From IMG/VR virus record IMGVR_UViG_3300032030_000067, positions 5,955 to 69,954 of that record: a stretch of 64,000 nucleotides of DNA. One strand, given 5' to 3'. The position numbers and the translations under genes are program-made. This stretch comes from a virus (Duplodnaviria > Caudoviricetes). This document shows, one piece after another, positions 1 to 12,000 of this stretch (position 1 is the stretch's first letter; each line of letters begins with the position of its first letter). The notes under the pieces are model-generated. The model had not been told where the DNA came from, did no database searches, and was given only the letters and a program-made list of their open reading frames with translations.

Positions 1-3000
1 TGCAAACACTTATAGACACATATTCAAATATTTCTGATAATATTGTAGGTGCAATGCAACAATCTGTTGCAGATAAATTTGGAGAAGGCATTTCAAAAAT
101 GAACACTGCCGATTTGTCTAAAGCAATATCTTCCATATTACGCGCAATGACTGGTGAAGATGTGAAAACAGACAATACGCATTTAAAAGATGCTATTGAA
201 AGTGTAAGGTCTTCATTGGATGAATATCGCACAATCAAGTCTGAAGATGAAAGATTGTTCAATATGTTAAGAACAAGAGGCATAAAAAGAGGTGTTGCGA
301 TAACAGAACCTTCGCTTGTAAATGAAATGCAAGAAAGATATGGAGAACTTGAGAAGGAATATACCACTGCCGAAAACAATCTTGCGGAAATTCTGAAGAA
401 TCCGGATTCCACTGAAGAACAAAAACTTGAGGCTCTTGCAAAACTGAATTCTATAAAATCAGAAATGAGCGAATATTCCAATGAAGAGGATTTGACAAAA
501 CAGGATGCTACAAAGCAGATTGCAGAGATGAACAAGCAAATGCTTGAACTTATCAAAAAGGCTTATGACAAGGCAGAAAAAGTGTCAAAAAAGACGCAAT
601 CTATTATAGCTAAGCTGTCAAATATAAATCATGAAAATATCGAGGACAAATCCGTCATGATATCAAATGTAATATCCGAACTTGAGCAGTTGCGTGATTC
701 ACAAAAGACTTATGATGACGCCTCAAGAATAAGCGAGATTATAGACATTTTAAGAGATGCAAAAAGAGTTGCTGATGATATAGTGTCGGTTGATAATGTA
801 AGTTCGTCATTAAAGGCAAATAAATCAAAAGGACAATATGTTTGGGAATCACTTAAGAATAGTGATAATGAACTACTGAGATTCATGTCCGAAGTGAAGT
901 ATGGAAGCCAGCTTGATTTAACATATCTTGAAATGGCTCAAACACAAATTGACATATTAAGGGAAAAGAACGAGCAGCTTGAAAATCAGATAAATAATAT
1001 AGGAAAGAAAAGTGTTCGTAATATACAGAAGAAATATGCAAGACTTATTGCCAAACCAGATGCCATTAGTGATGATCAGATACAGTTCTTTATTGACAAA
1101 TATAACGAACTTATTAGCGAGATAGATAATTCGAAAGACAGTATCAAGAATTCACATAATATGATTCTTATCAAGCAAGACCTTATGAATAAGAAGGCCA
1201 AACTTGAAAGCAAGCTTAATGGCAATACTACTGTATCTTCAAACAGAATTTCCTCTTTGAATCCAAATGAATTTCTTAGTGAAAACAGTTCAAATGAAGG
1301 AGTCCCTGTATCTTCTCTTGGTCCGACATTATTAACTCAAGAAGAACTTGAAAGTAATGCAAGGGCATTACGTAAATTGAATGAGAAGAAAGGTATAGTA
1401 TATCCTGATTCGCAAACACAGACAACGGAAGAAAAACCCTCTGATAATTCAAGAATGGAAACTCTTGTAAGGGATATTCTTGCAAGACATTCAGAGCGTG
1501 CGTTGGGAGATTTGATGATAGAGTATTTTGACAAAAAGGAATATTCACAGGAGGAGGTTATGAATGCCTTTACGGCTGTAAATATATTCAAACAATATGG
1601 CATTCTTGATATTGTTCCTAAAAAACAGGGTGGTACTATAGGTCAAGCAATAGACTTGATATTCAACAAAATAGACGTTGCTGTTCTTAAAGACAAAAAC
1701 CTGCCGTTCATAAAATATCTTAAGGCTGTTCTTGATGTTTATGGATTTGGGAATGAATCAAACCTTCTTTCAGCAATGATTTATTCTGAAAATTACCTTG
1801 ATGATAAGAAAACAGAGCATAGTGAAACAGATACTGGTGTAGTTGTAGATACATTAGGAGAAGGCGAGAATCCTGTAGAAGACAAAGGAAGAGTGGAAAA
1901 AGTTCCAACGAGAGAATCTCAAGTTGATGAACTGAAAAGTGACAATAATCCAGACATATTCCAAATGCCTTATGCTATAAAAAATGTCGATGGGACTTAT
2001 TCTTATGCAAGTAGAATACAGAGTGGTGACAAGTCTGCGATAGACAAAAAGGCCTTTGACGCATTATATAATCCGAGCAGAATAAAGAAGGCTTATTTGA
2101 GGGGATTTGTCGGTTCTTTAGAGGAAAACCAAGATGTATTCAAGAAATATCTGGATTATCTTACTAGCCTTCATGTTCCTGCTGAATTGTCCAAAAAGGG
2201 CAAAGAAACAACATTTCTTAGAAACAGACTGCAAAAAGATAATTTGCTTGACTATAACACTAACGAGGAGTCTTTAAGAAAGATTTGGGAAAATAGGAAT
2301 TCCATTTTGTCGGATTCTCCGATTCCAATATATGCAGAATTGAAAGGCGAATCAGAACCTGTTGTAATAGGCTTTATTGCGACATCAGATTATTATAATG
2401 AAAGCAATGTTTCAGCATTGAAGGGAAATGAGGAACAACAAAAGATTATTGCAAGCCTGAACAAATTTTCAAATGATGTCCGCATATTGCTTTCATCATA
2501 TAATGATATTGAACTTAAACTTGGTGAAAGACCCGTTGTTCCTCAAGATATAAACTATCTTGAAATAAATGATACTGATTTCAGTAATGGCGAATTAGTA
2601 CAACTTGGAGATAATTATGAGGAACTTGCTTATATTACAAATGGTATAAATATAAGAACAAAGCGAATAGGATCTATTCATGGTAATTTCATTGACAGTG
2701 TTATGTTTTCCGGCATATACAAAATAAAGGAAGAACTTGTGAATGGAAAATCCGTATATATTCCGTATAAGTTGTTTGTAAATGGCAACACTGTTTTTGC
2801 AGACGGCAAACTTCTTAATGTCGGACCTATCTATATGCCAAATGATTTCAAGCTTGAAGAAAAGGCGCCAGAGATATTCCAGCATTTCAGAAACAATATT
2901 GTTGACTATGTGTTTAAGAATTTCCTTAATAAGATGCATAAGGCATATATGAACGCAAACACATCTGAAAGGAAGAGTCTTAAAAATGACATAAGGACAT

Positions 3001-6000
3001 TTCTTGAAAAATATAAGGATTTGTTGTTTATTGACAATATAGAAAATGCGAGTGCAAATGTAATAAATCTTATAAGTTCACAGACATATACTGATTTTAA
3101 TTGTAAGCTTGATACGGAATTCAAGGCTGAACAGCCAAGAGCATGGCTTGTTGATTTTTCATCTGATGAGTATAAGAAGCAGGTAAATGATGGTGTCAAC
3201 TATTGTGTATTCCATTATAACAAAACTAAAAACAATGAACTTAATTTCTTTCTTGGAATACAAGATGAGAATATAAAAAGAAGAAGAGAAAACGGAGAGA
3301 ATGTTCATGACACAAGAAATATTGTCAACACATCTGTTTTGAATACGGTTGAAGATTATACCAATCTGTTTGAATTCATAAGAGACAAGTTCAATAATAA
3401 TGGAGATGCCCAGAAAATTGCCGTAATGTTCAAGGACTATCGCGGTAATACATCTTTGGACAAACCAAATGATTTTACCAAAAAAGTATTTTCAGATGAG
3501 ACAATTGTAAGAGACCTTAATATGTTGAAAGACGGCAAGGTTCTTGTCAATGAGAATGTTGAGAACGCAAAGACTTTCGCACAATGGTTTTCGGAAAACG
3601 CCAAAGAAACTGTAGGCCTTATAGATGTTGAGATGGATGAAGAACTCAAACATGCACCATATCAAGGCAAGACAATATTTGTTGAAGAGAATTACGAATA
3701 TGGCATAGGCCAAAAATCCATTGTAAAACCTGTTGAAATAAAAAAGGAATCTGTTCCCGAACAGTCGAAAAAAACGAATAGTATTGAGATTCCTGCCGCT
3801 CATAGCATAAGGAAAGGTAGAAGTCTTAATATTCCGACAAGAATAATTATTAGTAAAAGAAGAACAAGTCTTAATGAAAATATAAGTGACGAAAGCATTG
3901 TTTCTGGTATGACGCTTTCAGAACAAAGGGAATTTTGCAAATCATTATTTGCCGAAGTTATTGAGAACAATGAGAATGGAATTCTGAAGAAAATAAAAAA
4001 CAAGGAGATTTCTCATAACGCAATAGTTAGAGAGGCATATAATCTTCTTAAGAATGCATTTGAGTTTAACGGCATATTCAATTCTATAATTGACAAGGCA
4101 GAGTATTATATTAACGAATCACAGGCTCTTGTTGATATATATGAAGGTAAGGAGAAATCATCCAATGATTCTGTTTATATTGAAACTTATAAAAAATACC
4201 AAAATGTTTTCAATAAAGAAAATGGATATGAAAAAGAGTACAATTCACACAAGATCAATATAGAAGATAATAAAAATGCTTTAAGCAATCTTGAATCAAT
4301 GCAGCAGGAATGTCTTGAAAAACTATTTCATATTCCTTCAATGCAGGATGATAAGTTCTGGGTTGGCACTTTCATTGAATATGTGAATTCTCTTAACAAA
4401 GGCAACATAAGCATAGATGAGGTTTCAGAAGAACAGATGCAGAAGGAACAGGATAAAACAACGGCTTCTGATTTTGATTATGAAACCGAAAGTTTTGAAA
4501 AAGAGCCTGTCGGAGATTTTAGTTTTTATCTTAAATCAATATTAAGCGATATTCCAAAGACACAGCGGGATGAAAACGGAGATATAATATCAGTATGGCA
4601 GAATCAGAATGAATTATTGCAAGAAGGGATTGACGAATATGAGGATGTAAACAAAATCATAAGAATTTTAGGCAATGTGATTGTGAATTCACAATGTGAC
4701 TGGAATGATGTGTTGAGGAATCTTGTCGAACTTGCCAATGATGATTCCTACGAATATACAGATATATGCAAAATGCTTTATTTTAAGCTTTCTGATGACA
4801 ATATAATGCCAGATCAGTATAAAAAGGAGATAATGTCCAAAATGTCCCTATCGTATCACGATATGATGTATATTAAATCAACATACGACAAAAACGGAGA
4901 TATTGTCCTTTCATTGAATAATGTTTCTGACAACAAGAAATACGCGCAAGAGCTTTCAAAAATTAAAGAACATCTTAAATCAAACAAAAATATTATCAAG
5001 AACGGAAAGTTCAATAGAGAATTTCTTGTTGAGAATATTGTAAATCTTGATGCATTTATTGATAAGTTTGAAAAAGGGCAGCAATATTCTGTTTCGGAAG
5101 CGAAAAAGTCAATGTCAAATCTATTTGGTGTAAGTTTCTCAACAAATACGATAAAGGCAAACATGGAAAATCTTAAGAGAATAAATGATTCATTAAGAAC
5201 TTTCGTAAAGAATACTGACAACAATAATGAATGGGATCATATACTCGGATGGGATGGAAGCACTTCAAGAATATATGAGATTGCAGATTTGAATTCTGCA
5301 ATCAAGGAACTTGTCATATTTGAATGTAATGAAAGTGGTAATACAATAGAAAAGACAGAAACTATTGCCGGCAAGAAAATAATGACCACATATCAAAGAC
5401 CATTGCGCGAAAAGCAGTTTAAGGATATGCAAGACAAAACTGGATTTTATGATGTGATAATGTCAATATTCAGAACAAATGACAATGGGAATTACTATTA
5501 CAGGTATTTCCAACTTGACAATATTGATGTTATGCCTTTAAAAACCGGGTTGAGTTCATTATCTATGCTTGATATGTTTGGCAAACGTTCATCCCGTATG
5601 GTTGAAATGCCTGATTCAGACCAGACTGTAGCTGAATGTATTCTCAATCAGGAGACGCTTGGTACTGTTTCAGAAAACAAAGAACATAAACTTGTAGGTT
5701 TTACAGGAAATTATGTTGAAAGTTTCAAGACAAGAACGGGATACCAGTTTTCATATACTGTATCTGACAAGAACAGACTTCCATGGATTAGAATGCAGAA
5801 ATATGTTATTCCTGTAACATCATATAAAGGGAAAACAAATACTGAATTCTATACTATTGACTTCTCAAAGATGCTTCCGTTTGTAACAAAACAATTACTT
5901 GACAATGAGCTGCTTACAATAGAAAATGATTTAAAATGCGATTTGACAAATAATATTGGGAAGCACTTGATATTGTCAATGCCTGAACTTAATAATATTG

Positions 6001-9000
6001 TTATTGAGTTTGACGGTAAAAAAAGGACACTTGAAAGTCTTCTTTCATCATGCAATGGCGCAGATGAGGAATATATTAATCGTGCTTTTGATTCGTTAAG
6101 ACAGCAATATGATGATATGTTCCGTCAGGCAAGGCCTATTGTATTGTCGGTAATAGAACAAGAGGTTGCAAAACTTGTCTTGAACAAAGGGACTGCCAGA
6201 GGCGTTGAAAACGGCATAAGGATATTCAATGTGGATGGGAGCATACCTGATGATATAAAGAAGGGTATGTTACACTCCTCGTGGCATGATGCTGGTATTT
6301 TTGACTATAATGACGAACACGAAGATTATTCTGCAACACCTAAATATTACAAAAAAGACTATGACAAATATGTTATAGACAAGGCTGCTGACAATAAAAA
6401 AGCTTCAGGATATGGCATATTCAATGTGATATATTCAGCCTATGATATGGTTGTCAACACCTTGCTTTCTTCTGGAATGATGCAAAACTGCTTCTATTCC
6501 CCACTTACGAGATTTGCAAAAGTAAACAGACAAACTGTTGGCAAGCTTATGGAGATTGAGACAAGAATGTTTGATGAAGCAGGTAATGTGAACAGCCTTG
6601 TTGCAAAGGAGAAACTTGATTTGATAAAGAGAATATCCAAAAAGGCATCAAAGAATCTCAACAAGAGAATGGGTGGTATTGACGGTAGTGGAAGAATGCT
6701 TGATTTCAGTAATATCACACACTACAATGATAAGATGTGGGGAGGCGAAAACCACAATGAATATCTTTATCTGTGTGTTGGTGAAACTGTTTCTCCGTCT
6801 GCAATATATGAAAATATATTAAGACAGCAATATCCTAACAATGATGAACTTGATGAACTTATCAGACAATCGAAAGACGAATCTCTTACACAATCCGAAA
6901 GAGCTGATGCCTTAAACATTATCAAGTCAAAATATCCCAAGGCAAATTCATATCTTAACATTGACAGTACGGATGGTGCAGAATGGATTTCTTGGAGGGA
7001 ATGTATTGATATACAACTTGCCCACGCTGATATTTCAGATGAAACAAGGAAAAGGCTTGAATATATGTATGACAAGTTCTCACAGGGTATATTTGATGAT
7101 GATGATGCGCAATATCTGTTGAAGGTTATGGATAAAAACCTTATGAATATAGCGTTCAATCCTGACAAGCCTATGTATTGCGGTGTAATGCCAGTATATG
7201 ATAAAGACGGCAATATAAAGACTACACAAATGACCTATGTAAAATCTGCAAGTATTCCGTTACTTCCGCAGTTCACGAGAAACACGCCTATAGACTATAT
7301 CAGGAAAGCTGTTGAGTTTTTCGAACAAAGCCAGAGAAAGAATGTAAGGTTGAGTTTTGACAGTGGCATAAAGGTTGGCAATATGTCATCTGACAAGATT
7401 TTGTCTTTTGACGATCTTGTTGATATAGGCAAACAGATAAGCGAGGATGGTGAACTTTCTATCTATAAGGAAATAGGCAATGGTGTTTCAAGCGATATGA
7501 ACACAAGTCATGCTATTGTTCTTCAAACAACAGATAACAAGAAGATTGATATCTTTAATTCAATTTTATACAGATTGAAAATGTCTTCAATAAATGCGGA
7601 TAGGAAATATTTCCATATACAAATGGAGACGGAATCACACAGGGAAGAGATTGTGTTAAGGAAAGAGGATTACGGATATGATAATTTTGTTGACTATTTC
7701 ACTAATACAAAAGGTTTTATTGTTTCAAAGAGAGATGTTCTTGATCTTCGCGGCAGACTTAGAAGACTTGGTATATATGATAAGCTTACCGTTGCAGAAC
7801 AAGATATGCTTGCGTTAAGAGATATGGATATTGACCATGTTCTTGACAAAGACCAAAGGGAGATGTTTGACAAGTTCATTGAAAGTGACAGACTGAACAA
7901 ACTGTATCACGAGATGAAGATGGACGATATTGGCAGGATTCTTGACAATGGTCAGACTTATGTCGTAGAATCAACCCAGTTGGACCATGTTCTTGAATCC
8001 GCTGGCATAAACAATGAGACAAGAAGAATCTTTGAGATACCGCAAAGACAACTTGACAAAGCTATTGAAGATGGTATTATTTCAGAATCTGATATTACCG
8101 ATGGAAAAGTTGACGGAAAAAAATTTGAGGCAATAAGGTTTAATATGACTCAAAAAAGAGTTATTCGTGAAGAAACCGATTTTCTCAACGAACTTGGTAT
8201 AGAGTCTGTTGATGATATGAACCTTAAGAATCAGAATTTCATACGCAACCTGTCAAAGATGATAGCAGAAGAGCTTCTTTCGAGAGGATATTCGACCAAT
8301 ATGGTTGAGCAAATGGGTCTGGTTGAGACAAGCAACAATGGGAATATGCAGTTTAAGATACCTCCGTTCCTTCATGCAAGTTCAGAGAAAATATCAGTTC
8401 TTATCTCGGCGTTGATAAGGAACAGGATATCAAAGAACAGACTTCCTGGCAATGCCCTATACACTGCATCAAATGAAGGGTTTGTCAAACTTAAAGGTGC
8501 TGACCATACATTTGATTCAAGAAGTGTTGTATGGATAGACAAGGAGGCTGCAAAAAGAGGAACTCTCGGTGCTGTTGTGGAAAATGGCGAATTGAAACTC
8601 GCAGAGGTGGCAATAGCCCCGCAGTTCAATTATCGTGATGAAAGAGGTGTCTTACGTAAAATAGACCTTTACAGCGTAGATAAAAAGACTGGTAAGTCAA
8701 TATATCTTGTAAATGAAAAAGGCGAGTCCCTGTACATAAAAGACGGCAAGATAATATCCGATTATGAAAACATATTCCTCAACGAATCAATGTTTGACGA
8801 GGAGATGATAAAGATGATGACATTCCGTATTCCTTTGTCTGGTCATCAGTCCGCGTGTGCTGTAAAAATAGTTGCATTCCTTCCTCCCGCAATGGGAGAT
8901 ATGATAATTGTTCCCAAAGAACATCTGAAGCAATTGGGTGAGGACTTTGATATTGACAAACGTTTCTGTTATATCAAAAACTATATGGTTGACAAGGACA

Positions 9001-12000
9001 ATAAAGTAAGAGTCCTCACAAAAGATTTTGTTGACAGGAAAATAAGGGAGAGCAACGAATATAAAAGGCTGTATAAAATGGTCAATGACGATATTTTCAA
9101 TGGCAATGGTGCAGTAGAGGATATTGATACGTTTATATGGAATGAAGGAATGTATTATGATAAAGGTGCAAGTCTTTATAGATATTTGTCATTTGTAAAA
9201 GACAGGCTTGAGAGAAAACTTGACGAGAATGATACTATATCAATGTATCAGTCTGTATTTGAAAATCCTGATATTACAATACAAAAACAGATTTCAAAAG
9301 TGCTTAATTTTGACGTGCTTGAAGAGACAAGAGATGAAGTTATTGATAAAAAAGATACAGGTGCTGATGATAGTTTTATAACTCCATACAGTACTTCATA
9401 CCAAAAAGAATTGAGACTTGGCAATGCCAATGCGAAGAAGGGTGTTGGTGTCTGGTCTTCCGCGCTTGTCGTTTCTGGACTTATACAGAAAAGGAATGTT
9501 GAACTTGAAAAAGTCGGTTATTTGGGTACAATATCGCCTGTGCTTTTAAGATTTGACGGTAATACATTTGACGGCTCGTTAAGCAGAACAACAACACTTG
9601 ACCAGCAAAACACAAAGACAGATGTTATTTCCGCACAGCAGAATGCCAATGTTGATAATGCCAAGGCGGATGTTGTTTCATTGTCAAACCAGAACAGTGT
9701 CACATTCAATTTTTACACGTTCATGGCACAAATGGGATTCAATAAGACATCAATGGTAGAGACCGTAAATGGAGAAAAGAAGCAGCTTGACCTTGCATAT
9801 CTTGTTGCGCTACAGCCTTCTGTTCTTAAATATACAAGACTGAAACAGGCGAACCAGTCAATTATAGGAAGGAAGCGTTCCGAGAAGTCCATTCTCTTTG
9901 ATGTGCTTTCTGATTATGGAATGTCAGAAGATAATGTACGGAAAATAATGAATGGTGTTTCTGTCAATGGCCTTAATTTTGACGGTGTTATGTTTGATGT
10001 TGGAAGCACCTATTTTGACGGGATTACAGGACAATATCTTTATGACACATTGAATAAAGAGTATGATTCTTCTGAAAAACAGCTGAAAACTTTTGTATTC
10101 TTCTATAATATCATGAAATACGGAGGATTTCTGCAACAATATTCCAAACTGTTGAATGTAACATCACAGGGTATAGGCAACACATATTTTGATGTTCTTG
10201 AACATGTTGAAGCTCTTAATAGTCTTGGTTCACAAAAAACGTTTAAGGGACTTGGTGATCTTATAGGGAAGTTCTACAAATTGGATGATGACAATATACC
10301 GGATAATGCAATGTATATTGACGGTTGTAATTATGCGATTGTTCCTACAACAAACGAAGGTGTTGTATTATTACACACATTATCTATGACATCGAAAATG
10401 TTCAACTCCATTTATAATATAGGCAGTAGTAAGGTTAGCAGTATTTATAGTGATTTGAACACTTTTGCAAGGGCTGCATATCTTCCTTCAAATGAACTTG
10501 ATCAGATAAACAAGGATATATCAAGAGCTATCAAACAATATGTCTATAAATTATTGGGAGACGAGAATATAAAGGCTATATGCAATACGAAAGGATTGTT
10601 TGACGGAACGTTGGAGGAAGAGACAGACAGGCTTTTGAATCCTTCGTTCAACAGATATGCATTGAATAGGAATTCCGACTATCTTGCAGCCATTGACAGA
10701 TTTAACAATGATGTGAAAGAGGATAAGGTTATAAGCGATGAGAAAGTTAGTCTCGGATATATAATCAACTTTCTGTCTGATGCCAATCATCCTTTAATGG
10801 AGAGCAACAGGTTCTTGAACGCATTGTCTGTAACAAAGGACGGGGCGCTTATGTTCAAACCCAACGCGAATGAAATTGCGAACAAAGACTATCACAGGCA
10901 TTTCTTTGATTTGTATAATAATACAGATGTGATTACTGTGAATGGCAATGATATTGTTGTAAATGGTGAAAAACTCACTTATCGTGCATTGGCACAGGAT
11001 TTGGCAACCTATGCCTATCTTTGTCACGATGAGAATGGTATTCTTAACTTAAGGGAATATATCCCAATCGAATATCTTGACCTTTGTGGTGTTCCGACAA
11101 TGTTAAGGCACATTTCTGACAATATGGACACATATATTTCAAATGGCAATTTCATATCACAGTTCCAGTTGAGCTATCCTGAAATCATAAGAAATGTAAA
11201 TATAACAAGAGATAATGATAAGTATATTGCCACAGAAGGTAGTGTTAGCGATTTTGACAATGTCAAGAGTTTCACAATCAATTATTCTGCAGTTGATGTT
11301 GCATCATCTGAAGCTGAGGCTTTTGCAATTGCTGTTGACCAATTGGACATAGCAGATCCGAGATATGTTGAATATGTCAAGCCTCTTGAATATGTTAAAA
11401 TCAGAGGAAAAAAGAATGAAAACATTTTCAAGTATAATCCTGATACAATGACTTACAACAGGGTTTATAAGGAAACCAATTTCGGTGCAAACGAACTTAA
11501 TCCTTATGAGAACGGTCTTATTGTTTCCACACAGACTATAGTTGAACCTTCAAATGTTGACTGGGTTAGCACAAATGACAAGGACAAAATCTATGAGCTT
11601 GTAAATACGCATATTGACCATGACAATAATATGACAAAATTTATACTTCCAGTTCTTGATATGATGAGAGGAAACGACAATTATGAACTTAATATTATTG
11701 TTGACAATACGAAAATAGACTTTAACACTGAAACAGAGATAAAAGACGGTAAGCTTGTAACCACAATACGCATAAATTCAAATTACATCAATTCAGACAC
11801 ATTGATGGAAGAACTTATGCACATGGTTCAGCAACAAGAGATTGCGCGTGTGTTTGTCATTGAAACAATTGACGGTGTGTCAAATGTTGTTGGCTACAAG
11901 AATCCTTCAGACAAGGGATATTTCGGAAAGAGCTATGACCTGTTCCTTGAATTCTCAACATGGTGGCAGACAAACGGACAGCGTTTCTCGCAAAGGCACA